From positions 1 to 64,000 of the IMG/VR virus record IMGVR_UViG_3300030037_000006: a stretch of DNA of 64,000 nucleotides; one strand, given 5' to 3'. Below, one piece after another: positions 10,177 to 17,791 of the stretch (position 1 is the first letter of the stretch; every line of letters starts with the position of its first letter). The position numbers were made by a program, and so were the translations under genes. Source of the DNA: a virus. The notes below the pieces were generated by a model. The model was not told the origin of the DNA. It saw nothing but the letters and a program-made list of their open reading frames with translations, and made no database searches.

Positions 10177-10455
10177 TTATTTGTAAACGTAATCTTTACA
10201 GAGGCTGCATTGGTTATACATTTTAGGTGTACCATCAGCATTGAAATGAAGAATTCTTTCATGATCTTCTGAATGATAAGCTTGCATAGTTCTAACTCTA
10301 TATCTTCCATCAAAAGTATGATCGTTTTCTCTACATATTTTATCACGTTTATTTGAATGTATAGTTAATAGAGACATACTGATTATCCAAATAACTATAA
10401 AAATTAGTATACCTCTATTAAATCCTTTGTTACTGTCTGGATCACTAATGCCCAT
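10177..10455 (-). CDS. small membrane protein with Cys/His motif
   Basis: N-terminal TM helix GILIFIVIWIISMSLL; C...H and CSLC; ends YVYK. Confidence 0.6.
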   Translation of the reverse strand: MGISDPDSNKGFNRGILIFIVIWIISMSLLTIHSNKRDKICRENDHTFDGRYRVRTMQAYHSEDHERILHFNADGTPKMYNQCSLCKDYVYK

Positions 10456-10948
10456 AATTAAATCCTAATTCAAAGTTTCTGTTATCGATAGTTTCTTTCC
10501 AATCATGTGATCCGCAACATGAATTTGCTTTTCTAAATCCTTCTTCTTCCTCTTCTACATTTAACTCTTTAACACGAAAGCTATCTTCGTATTCGGTGTC
10601 CATGGAGTCTATCTTATCATAAATAGCTTTCCATAATTTAATTCCAGTATCGTATCCATATCTGGCACAAGCATATTTCTTACTAAAGTTTCCATTACTA
10701 TTAGGAGAACAAACACCATCCAGATCTATTTCACATTTGATAATAAGATCTTCTATTGCTTCATGGAAAGTAATATCATGAGGATCACTTGGATCATATT
10801 GATAGTCTCTAAACATTTCTGCCAGTTCATCAAATTCAGGAGTACTTAATTCAATGTTATCATAATATTGAAACACTAACCATCGCTGTGAATTACCGTA
10901 AAGCATTGATATAACATACTTTAAAAATTCTTTAGCTTCATCTGACAT
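10445..10948 (-). CDS. hypothetical phage protein
   Basis: C-terminal DSFR...CCGS...GFNYGH motif, recognised from other phage proteins. Confidence 0.65.
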   Translation of the reverse strand: MSDEAKEFLKYVISMLYGNSQRWLVFQYYDNIELSTPEFDELAEMFRDYQYDPSDPHDITFHEAIEDLIIKCEIDLDGVCSPNSNGNFSKKYACARYGYDTGIKLWKAIYDKIDSMDTEYEDSFRVKELNVEEEEEGFRKANSCCGSHDWKETIDNRNFELGFNYGH

Positions 10949-11511
10949 TAGTAATCTCCTGAATCAAAGTTAATTAGTTGAGGTTTAAATTTAATATCAG
11001 ACTCTATGAGCTTAGTGCCTTCTTCATTAAATTCTAAACCAAATTGCATGTTACTTTTCATAATACTTGATGCTTCTTCAAGAGATCGGGCGAGTATAAT
11101 ACCAGTTGATCCAAGTGCTAGACCATCACCAGTATACTCATACTTGTTAAGAGATGTACTACTTTTGATTGTTAGTAAAAGATCATCTGCTAATGATTCT
11201 CTACCAGCAAGAGCGTCATAATATGATTCATCGTTATAACTTGCAAGTTGAGCTTCTTTGGCTTCATTATGATACTTTTTAATATTAGCTGCTAAATTTT
11301 TATACTTTTCTTCATAGTCTATTTCAATGTTTTCTTCTTCGATTGGCTTAGACATATGAATAGATTTTTTAGTTAGATTAGATTCAATTGTAATGAATCG
11401 ATTAACATACATTTCAAATTCAGTAATTGAATTACTCATCTTCTTTGCTTTAGATAAAATACGATCTTTAAGAGTGTTGTTAAAGTTTTCTGGAAATGTA
11501 AATGCTTTCAT
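10948..11511 (-). CDS. hypothetical protein
   Basis: 187-aa ORF, first gene after promoter 11547-11575. Confidence 0.65.
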   Translation of the reverse strand: MKAFTFPENFNNTLKDRILSKAKKMSNSITEFEMYVNRFITIESNLTKKSIHMSKPIEEENIEIDYEEKYKNLAANIKKYHNEAKEAQLASYNDESYYDALAGRESLADDLLLTIKSSTSLNKYEYTGDGLALGSTGIILARSLEEASSIMKSNMQFGLEFNEEGTKLIESDIKFKPQLINFDSGDY

Positions 11512-11638
11512 ATTAAATTGCTTCCGTTAATTAAATTGATAAGTCTAGTATATACCAACTAAAAGTAATGTACAATCCTTTTACAATAAAAATGCCCAAT
11601 CTTTCGAAAGGGCATTCATAAAACTATTTAGCTAGAAA

Positions 11639-12691
11639 CTAGTATTCGTCTTCACCATAAATTTCAGGTGTCCACTCAATATTATCTTCCAAGAAATCTC
11701 TAAGATCAGAAGCAAACTCGCTATCTAGATAAATCTCCATTTGATCTCCGCGTCCAATTGGAGTGTCAATTTCAACTTCAATTGCGTTAGGTTCATCTTC
11801 ATCAAACTCTTTAATGAATCCTACTGTAATTGTTAGCTGTTCACCTGATTCTAATTGGTCTGCTGGAATAGTGTAGATATTATCTACTTGATAACTTAGA
11901 TCATCACCAGGAGTATGGCTTGTCATGTTCTCAAATCTAAATCTAGTTTGAGTTTCACCACCTACATAGTCACTTATTGCATCGGACACTTCTGCAAACT
12001 TATCCCAGGTTTCTTTAAGACCTTCTTTAGTTTGAGCTGCATGTTTAACAGCTTCATCACTGATTTCTTCAACAGCATTAGGATCTTCTTTAATCTGAAG
12101 AGCATTACCGTAAATATCTTTCATTCCACCGACAACACTTTCATCACTAAGATTAAATTCTTGAACTTTAGGTCCACGACTTTGAGCGACTTCAATAGCT
12201 GAATTGTATTTAGTTAAGAATAACTCGATAGCATCTTCATCAGCAAGTTCAATGCGGTATTTGTATTCAGTTACATCTTCTTTTACAAAAACTGTCTTAA
12301 CTTTATCTAAATCTTTTTTAATAGATTCTACCTTTTTATCAAAGGCTTTATTTGTCTTAACTGATTTTAAACTTTCTACTTTAGTTGTTATAGCAGATAA
12401 ATTCAATGATAATTTCTCATCAGGTTTCCTTGATTCTTTAAGAAGATTATCACCTTTAAGAAGTTCAGTAAACTTAGCTAAGTTTTCTTCTGTTCTAAAG
12501 CAGAAGTTAAAAAGTATTTTTACTATGTAATCTTCTTCATCAAAGTTAGCTCGAGCAATTTCAAGAGCTTTATCTCCATTAGTACCAGACACTTGAACTG
12601 AATGTTTAAAGTCTTTCATCGGGTGCTTAGTGTATTCTTCTTTCATAATTTGAGTCTTAGTTGACTCATATAGTTTCATAAATTTTGACAT
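11639..12691 (-). CDS. putative internal head protein (MSKFxKLYES leader family)
   Basis: Starts MSKFMKLYESTKTQIMKE; several internal (L/F/I)xE sites (LKES, VKED, IKED, LKET). Confidence 0.7.
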   Translation of the reverse strand: MSKFMKLYESTKTQIMKEEYTKHPMKDFKHSVQVSGTNGDKALEIARANFDEEDYIVKILFNFCFRTEENLAKFTELLKGDNLLKESRKPDEKLSLNLSAITTKVESLKSVKTNKAFDKKVESIKKDLDKVKTVFVKEDVTEYKYRIELADEDAIELFLTKYNSAIEVAQSRGPKVQEFNLSDESVVGGMKDIYGNALQIKEDPNAVEEISDEAVKHAAQTKEGLKETWDKFAEVSDAISDYVGGETQTRFRFENMTSHTPGDDLSYQVDNIYTIPADQLESGEQLTITVGFIKEFDEDEPNAIEVEIDTPIGRGDQMEIYLDSEFASDLRDFLEDNIEWTPEIYGEDEY

Positions 12692-12692
12692 G

Positions 12693-13244
12693 TTATTTAG
12701 CTGCTACTGAAGATTTATCATCTACTGCATAAACGACTCTGCCTCCACCACTGTTAGACCATTGCAAATCCATATTACTAAGTAATACGTATCTCTTAGC
12801 AAATTCCTCATCGTCAGTATTATACAAATGCCAACCATGCTCAGCGTGCTTATTTTCATCTGTCATATTACCAGAGAAGCCGCCCATCTTATATATTGCG
12901 AATTGGCCATCTTTAGACAATTTTGATTTATCGATATCATATATGTTACCGTCAAACCAATCTGAATCTAAGAATTCGTTTGCGTCTGCTTCGCTGGTAA
13001 ATTCTAAAGGGCGTCCAAACTTGAAAGCTACTTCAGCAGGTTGAAACACGTGTGTCAATTTAGGACCATTATGCAGATGAGCAAAACGTCCAGGTTTTAC
13101 TGGCGCAATAAAGTAACCGCGCTCTCGCCAGGTCTTACCGTTTTCGTTATAATCAGGTGCTAGTGCTGAAACTTCATCAGAGTATGTTACGTTCTCGTTT
13201 AGAGCTTGTTTAGTTGACTCGTATAATTTCATAAATTTTGACAT
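12693..13244 (-). CDS. putative internal head protein (MSKFxKLYES leader family)
   Basis: Starts MSKFMKLYESTKQALNE; late box GATAAATA at 13276-13283. Confidence 0.7.
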   Translation of the reverse strand: MSKFMKLYESTKQALNENVTYSDEVSALAPDYNENGKTWRERGYFIAPVKPGRFAHLHNGPKLTHVFQPAEVAFKFGRPLEFTSEADANEFLDSDWFDGNIYDIDKSKLSKDGQFAIYKMGGFSGNMTDENKHAEHGWHLYNTDDEEFAKRYVLLSNMDLQWSNSGGGRVVYAVDDKSSVAAK

Positions 13245-13274
13245 TATTTCTCTTTTGTTTAAATCGTATTTTAT

Positions 13275-13715
13275 CTATTTATCTAGAATAGTGAGATTTA
13301 CTTGATCGAATAGCTTCTCTATATCTTCTAAAGTTTGTACGCTATCTGGTACATCGATTTCAACAATTTTGAAACCTTTATCTATTAAGTCACCTACGTT
13401 TAAACCAAGTTGGCCATGTTGAGCAAATTGATACTTACCGTTGACATAATTATAGCGCTCTCTAAGTTCAACTCTTTCTAAATCAGTGTAGTTGTTATAG
13501 CCGTAAGAACCAATCTTACCTATGAATTGAATATCATCATCTAGATGAGACTCATCATTTCCTAAAATCCATTGACCAGTTTGTGGTAAACGACTTTCTT
13601 CCGTAGGAGAATATTTATTAAGATAGTCATCCTTTTCTAGGTATTGTAAATGTTCAGAACTCTCGGATACTAGCCGAGCTTTAGTTGATTCGTATAGTTT
13701 TTTAAATTTTGACAT
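13275..13715 (-). CDS. putative internal head protein (MSKFxKLYES leader family)
   Basis: Starts MSKFKKLYESTKARLVSE; AAGGA RBS. Confidence 0.7.
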   Translation of the reverse strand: MSKFKKLYESTKARLVSESSEHLQYLEKDDYLNKYSPTEESRLPQTGQWILGNDESHLDDDIQFIGKIGSYGYNNYTDLERVELRERYNYVNGKYQFAQHGQLGLNVGDLIDKGFKIVEIDVPDSVQTLEDIEKLFDQVNLTILDK

Positions 13716-13726
13716 GTTATTCCTTA

Positions 13727-14185
13727 TTAGTGCATAGCCATGGGAACATGACCAGTAGGGTTGTAGTTATCATAATGAGCAAGAACAGCTTGAGTTGCAC
13801 CTTCTAAATCATTAGGCATTGCCATCTTATTCTCTTTACCTTTATTGAATGCTTTGCTATTAGATCTTAATTCTTTAGTAGCCCATAGTTCACGGGATCC
13901 CATTGACAAATTTCCTTTATTCTCAGAATAAGTATACACTAATCTTTTACCTTCATCAAATTTGAATTCAACTGAATCAGGATTTTCAACAAAGTCATAG
14001 AAGTTTCCAGCAGACTTTACTGTTAGATACATATCAAATAATCCATCAATGTTTTTTACAAACTCACCAAGCTTGGCGGGTTTATTAGATTTCATAGATT
14101 TATATACTTCATAATCGCGGGGTGCTTCTTCTTCTTTGAAGAATTGAGCTTTAGTTGATTCATACAACTTATTAAATTTTGACAT
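13727..14185 (-). CDS. putative internal head protein (MSKFxKLYES leader family)
   Basis: Starts MSKFNKLYESTKAQFFKE; late box at 14214-14221. Confidence 0.7.
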   Translation of the reverse strand: MSKFNKLYESTKAQFFKEEEAPRDYEVYKSMKSNKPAKLGEFVKNIDGLFDMYLTVKSAGNFYDFVENPDSVEFKFDEGKRLVYTYSENKGNLSMGSRELWATKELRSNSKAFNKGKENKMAMPNDLEGATQAVLAHYDNYNPTGHVPMAMH

Positions 14186-14212
14186 AATGTTATGTGTCTC
14201 TTTGTATTTTAT

Positions 14213-14530
14213 CTATTTATCTAAGGAGACGTTTCTCAATTGTAAAATTTCGTCCAATTGGTACTGATCAGGTTCTGCTGAAATAGGAAGAATTAAGTCG
14301 TCTCCTTCCATGTATGATCCAGCATCCCAATACATATCAGTAAATATCTGGTCTCGTTCTAGTATGTTAAATATTTTAGCATAGGCGCCTCTAAATTTAT
14401 TCTGAGTGCCACTTTTAGATACAGTATCAGGGTTCTTAATATTTTTAATGCGAAAAGTTATACCTGTATTAGCGTCAGATTCAGTGAATTGAGCTTTAGT
14501 TGATTCATACAACTTTATAAATTTTGACAT
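14213..14530 (-). CDS. putative internal head protein (MSKFxKLYES leader family)
   Basis: Starts MSKFIKLYESTKAQFTE; late box at 14554-14561. Confidence 0.7.
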   Translation of the reverse strand: MSKFIKLYESTKAQFTESDANTGITFRIKNIKNPDTVSKSGTQNKFRGAYAKIFNILERDQIFTDMYWDAGSYMEGDDLILPISAEPDQYQLDEILQLRNVSLDK

Positions 14531-14578
14531 GCAATTCTCTTTTATATTTTATCTATTTATCTAGAATATAAACATGTT

Positions 14579-14625
14579 ATATGATAAGTACAACACAAAA
14601 GGCCTAAATAAATAGACCTTTTATT
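14579..14625 (-). repeat. terminator + early promoter cassette, copy 2
   Basis: Near-identical to 7932-7977. Confidence 0.85.
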
Positions 14626-14633
14626 AAGTGAGC

Positions 14634-14879
14634 CTACATATCTTTAAATAAAGTATAGGACTTATCTTCATGTAGATCATATAGTCTATTGAATTTATCT
14701 ACATTTCTAGAAACAAGTGATTTAACACGGAGAGTATCTGTATCTCTTATAGCAACATGGAGTAACTTGTCACCTGCCTTATATTCTTCGCCAAATAAAT
14801 CCGTTGTATTTAGCAATCGTGATATCACTTCAGCAGTTAAACTCTTTGATGTTTCTAGTTGTTCTTCTATAGTATGCAT
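14634..14879 (-). CDS. hypothetical protein
   Basis: 81-aa ORF at the distal end of the tRNA cluster. Confidence 0.55.
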   Translation of the reverse strand: MHTIEEQLETSKSLTAEVISRLLNTTDLFGEEYKAGDKLLHVAIRDTDTLRVKSLVSRNVDKFNRLYDLHEDKSYTLFKDM

Positions 14880-14913
14880 AATTAAACTCGTTTCTTATGT
14901 TGAATGTAAAAAA

Positions 14914-14988
14914 TGGAGCCTGCTGAGAATTCCGAGATCTCAACCCCCGACTTACAAAATCGGCGCTCTGCCTTTGAGCTAAGCAGGC
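14914..14988 (-). tRNA. tRNA-Thr(TGT), atypical T-arm
   Basis: Acceptor GCCTGCT/AGCAGGC + TCCA; anticodon arm CCGAT-TTTGTAA-GTCGG; T-loop CTCGGAA. Confidence 0.85.
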
Positions 14989-15001
14989 TCTTATAATAAA
15001 T

Positions 15002-15079
15002 TGGTCGGAGTGGGAGGATTTTAACCTCCGGTTTCCGCATCCCAAATGCGGCGGATTAAACAGACTATCCTACACTCCG
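15002..15079 (-). tRNA. tRNA-Pro(TGG)
   Basis: CGGAGTG/CACTCCG + ACCA; CCGCA-TTTGGGA-TGCGG; T-loop TTAAAAT. Confidence 0.9.
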
Positions 15080-15086
15080 ATAAAAC

Positions 15087-15163
15087 TGGAGAGTGATGTC
15101 AGATTCGAACTGACGCATGGAGGATTTGCAATCGACCGCCTTAACCAACTTGGCTAATCACTC
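15087..15163 (-). tRNA. tRNA-Cys(GCA)
   Basis: GAGTGAT/ATCACTC + TCCA; loop TTGCAAA; anticodon stem has two mismatches. Confidence 0.85.
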
Positions 15164-15172
15164 TTTTAAAAC

Positions 15173-15250
15173 TGGTAGCGGGAGAAGGATTCGAACCTCC
15201 GACCTCTTGGTTATGAGCCAAGTGAGCTGACCTAACTGCTCCATCCCGCA
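15173..15250 (-). tRNA. tRNA-Met(CAT), initiator-like
   Basis: TGCGGGA/TCCCGCT with 1:72 mismatch + ACCA; CTTGG-CTCATAA-CCAAG. Confidence 0.9.
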
Positions 15251-15259
15251 ATAAAAACT

Positions 15260-15336
15260 TGGTTGTGATACGAGGACTTGAACCTCGGACAATTCGGATA
15301 TGAACCGAGCGCTCTAACCAACTGAGCTATATCACA
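15260..15336 (-). tRNA. tRNA-CAT (elongator Met or Ile2)
   Basis: TGTGATA/TATCACA + ACCA; loop TTCATAT. Confidence 0.85.
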
Positions 15337-15344
15337 AACTAAAA

Positions 15345-15416
15345 CTACTCCACCTGGGTACGATCCAAGAATGGGTGGATCAAAACCACCTGTGTTACCA
15401 ATTACACCATAGAGTA
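15345..15416 (-). tRNA. tRNA-Gln(TTG), no encoded CCA
   Basis: TACTCTA/TGGAGTA; GGTGG-TTTTGAT-CCACC; T-loop ATCGTAC. Confidence 0.85.
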
Positions 15417-15420
15417 AAAG

Positions 15421-15500
15421 TGTGCCGAGTAGGACTCGAACCTACACGTCTAAGACCAGGGATTTACAGTCCCCTAAGCGACCAATTGCTCAATCAGCAC
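15421..15500 (-). tRNA. tRNA-Tyr(GTA)
   Basis: GTGCTGA/TCGGCAC; GGGGA-CTGTAAA-TCCCT; variable arm GTC-TTA-GAC. Confidence 0.88.
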
Positions 15501-15539
15501 AGTGTTTGGTTAATTGTTGCCATGGGAAACCAATCCATG

Positions 15540-15606
15540 TTGTAACCACGACTTGAACGTGGACTCACTGTTCGAACAGCAGCTCTTGCCAGTTGAGCTA
15601 TTACAA
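15540..15606 (-). ncRNA. tRNA-like RNA with shortened anticodon arm
   Basis: TTGTAA/TTACAA acceptor, intact D-arm (GCTC/GAGC) and T-arm (CCACG-TTCAAGT-CGTGG), but the anticodon arm is only 14 nt (GCTGTTCGAACAGT). Confidence 0.7.
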
Positions 15607-15617
15607 AATCTTAAAAA

Positions 15618-15770
15618 TGGTGCTGGCCACAGGATTCGAACCTGCACATTAGCCCGGTTTTCAAAAAGTACCTTTCTGCAGTTAATACTAATCTACTCAG
15701 CAATGACCGTATATGTTACGTTCCCTCGTTAGCTATCCTACATGTAGGGACTACATCAGTAACAACCAGC
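15618..15770 (-). ncRNA. 153-nt RNA with tRNA-like acceptor stem, T-arm and CCA
   Basis: 5' GCTGGTT pairs with GGCCAGC + ACCA; T-arm GCAGG-TTCGAAT-CCTGT; ~120 nt non-tRNA interior. Confidence 0.75.
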
Positions 15771-15844
15771 TTATTAAATGTTAGTCTTTCCTATCAGTCA
15801 ACTAATTTCACATCATTTAGAAGTCAGATCTATTAGATTTAAAG

Positions 15845-15916
15845 TACGAATGCTCGGATTTGAACCGAGAAGTCCTGGGTGGAAGCCAGGCATTTTACCG
15901 TTGAAATTACATTCGC
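15845..15916 (-). tRNA. tRNA-Gly(TCC)
   Basis: GCGAATG/CATTCGT; CCTGG-CTTCCAC-CCAGG. Confidence 0.88.
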
Positions 15917-15955
15917 ATGTGTTTGCTAGTCTTTCCTAACAGTCATTATACTAAG

Positions 15956-16028
15956 CATCTCCAACGAGACTCGAACTCGTGTTGCCGGGATGAAAACCCG
16001 GTGTTCTAACCAACTGAACTATAGAGAC
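15956..16028 (-). tRNA. tRNA-Glu(TTC)
   Basis: GTCTCTA/TGGAGAT; CCGGG-TTTTCAT-CCCGG. Confidence 0.9.
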
Positions 16029-16031
16029 ATG

Positions 16032-16125
16032 TGGCAGAAGAGGTCGGGATCGAACCGACATGCCCATTTAAACTGACAAACGAGTTAGCAACCCGTGACG
16101 ATACCAAATTTCGCTTTACTCTTCT
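16032..16125 (-). tRNA. tRNA-Ser(GCT)
   Basis: AGAAGAG/CTCTTCT + GCCA; ACGGG-TTGCTAA-CTCGT; long variable arm. Confidence 0.88.
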
Positions 16126-16244
16126 ACATTTGCTAGTCTTTCCTAGCAGTCATTGAATACTATCTGCGTTGAAAGGCGCCGCCTTCCATTGATAAGCTCA
16201 GTAGATAGTAACCACTTCGCGAATCAATTTGGGATAATACTAAG

Positions 16245-16317
16245 CGAGCCATATCGGATTTGAACCGATGTTGCAGGATAGACAATCCCGAGTCCTAACC
16301 AACTAGACGAATGGCCC
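16245..16317 (-). tRNA. tRNA-Asp(GTC)
   Basis: GGGCCAT/ATGGCTC; CGGGA-TTGTCTA-TCCTG. Confidence 0.88.
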
Positions 16318-16446
16318 TTATCCTACTTTTTCTAACTGATGGTAGGAGCATCATTGTCACCATGGTCGACTTTAGGTTCTAATCAGGACCAACGGAGTCT
16401 AACAGTTTTTAAACTGGAGGGAATCGAAGGCGACCCTTTGTTAAAG

Positions 16447-16535
16447 TGGAGAGACAGGGATTCGAACCCTGGGATGCATTGCTACACCGCTAGTTTTCAA
16501 GACTAGATCTTTAAGCCGGACTCAGACACCTCTCC
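16447..16535 (-). tRNA. tRNA-Ser(TGA)
   Basis: GGAGAGG/TCTCTCC; CTAGT-CTTGAAA-ACTAG; long variable arm. Confidence 0.9.
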
Positions 16536-16932
16536 AAAAATATGCTAGTCTTTCCTAACAGTCATTCGATCAAATATTATGCACACTTTAAGAGCGTATA
16601 AACTTTAGCAGGCCTACTATGCATGTTCATCCTACCGCTTCTAAGCATTACCGAAGTAATTTCATCTCTAACCTTCTAAGTCACATTTGATCAAAACTAG
16701 TCTTTCCTAGCTGTCATTAAATTATCTACTACGTGATTGAAATAAATCTACTAGCCGTACGGAAATCTTCATGGATAACTACTTGCCGGGATAATTTAAA
16801 TTTTATTACTATCACAATATACAGAACATTTGGCGGGTATGCGTAACATACTGTAAACTACTTTCGATCAAGTTATAACCACAAAGCAGGTGGCTTAGTC
16901 TACGATAGCTGGGATAGTAATAAAAGTCAATA

Positions 16933-17042
16933 GTTATAATAGAGTACTCACAGAAGGATTCGAACCTCCGAGGTAATTACTTCCTACCCGCAAGCGGCGG
17001 GCTACTTTAAACCACTCAGCCATGCTAGCAGTCTATTATAAC
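16933..17042 (-). ncRNA. degenerate type-II tRNA-like RNA inside an 11-bp outer stem
   Basis: D-loop GAGTGGTTTAA, T-arm GGAGG-TTCGAAT-CCTTC, variable arm, non-canonical anticodon loop CCGCTTG; flanks GTTATAATAGA/TCTATTATAAC. Confidence 0.65.
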
Positions 17043-17046
17043 AAAG

Positions 17047-17119
17047 CTCCGCGGGCAGGGTACGATCCTACAACCTACTCATTAACAGTGAGTCGAACTA
17101 CCAATTGTTCTACCGCGGA
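17047..17119 (-). tRNA. tRNA-Asn(GTT)
   Basis: TCCGCGG/CCGCGGA; ACTCA-CTGTTAA-TGAGT; T-loop ATCGTAC. Confidence 0.9.
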
Positions 17120-17122
17120 ATT

Positions 17123-17791
17123 TTAAAATTTCATTTTTCTTCCTTTAATCCAACCTTTACTTAAATAATCTTCTAGATCAGTTTTATGTATAGATTTACT
17201 AACCTTTTCTTCAAGGCTATGAATCCAACATTTACCGAATTGAGAATTACCAGATCCTTTTTGAGCCTTCGATGTTACTAAGCCAATCTTTCTCTTAGTT
17301 TCATCTGTATGCTGTTTACCTAACCAGAAAGTATTTCCCTTAAGACCTTCAGATATATTTAAGCACCATTGCTCGTATTTACCTGATTCTTTAAGAACGT
17401 TTACTAATTCTGCTCCACATAAAAGATTCTGTTTTCCTCTGCCATCTTGACCATTTAATACATTACCATTATCGTCATAATATAAATTACCACCTGCTTC
17501 CATAGACTCATGCCAATTGGCACCTTGTCCACCTACACAGCGATTATAAGTATCAGATCGACATACAAAATCAAAGTCTACTAACTTAGCTTCTAATAAA
17601 TCCATTTCATCTGAATCGTTACATTCGAATAAAATTTCTCTCTCAAAGAACTTAGTTCCGAATAATTTAATATCTTCACGAAGTTTAGTACCAGAACCTA
17701 GATAACCATCATCTAGCTTTTCTGTTTTATGCTGACCTATATAGATCTTGTTGTTAATTGTATTGGTTGTTTTATAAATGATGTAGTGCAT
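17123..17791 (-). CDS. free-standing GIY-YIG (Seg-like) homing endonuclease
   Basis: YIIYKTTNTINNKIYIGQH...YLGSG...FEREIL; NUMOD3-like GKQHTDETKRKI; lies beside tRNAs, as T4 segB does. Confidence 0.88.
   Translation of the reverse strand: MHYIIYKTTNTINNKIYIGQHKTEKLDDGYLGSGTKLREDIKLFGTKFFEREILFECNDSDEMDLLEAKLVDFDFVCRSDTYNRCVGGQGANWHESMEAGGNLYYDDNGNVLNGQDGRGKQNLLCGAELVNVLKESGKYEQWCLNISEGLKGNTFWLGKQHTDETKRKIGLVTSKAQKGSGNSQFGKCWIHSLEEKVSKSIHKTDLEDYLSKGWIKGRKMKF

Larger units (their letters stand above)
15779..16716 (-). repeat. five dispersed copies of the 22-nt TGAC-hairpin(GAAAGA) motif
   Basis: Copies at 15779-15800, 15924-15945, 16131-16152, 16543-16564, 16695-16716. Confidence 0.9.

Noticed and set aside
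14689-15732. ORFs 14689-14982, 14830-15045 and 15514-15732
   Set aside because: They overlap tRNA or tRNA-like genes and are chance frames
15618-15770. tmRNA
   Set aside because: Only 153 nt, no G3-U70 alanine identity pair, and no convincing tag reading frame
15779-16716. CRISPR array made of the 22-nt hairpin repeats
   Set aside because: Spacing is irregular (about 120-390 nt), the intervals contain tRNAs, and no cas gene is in the window
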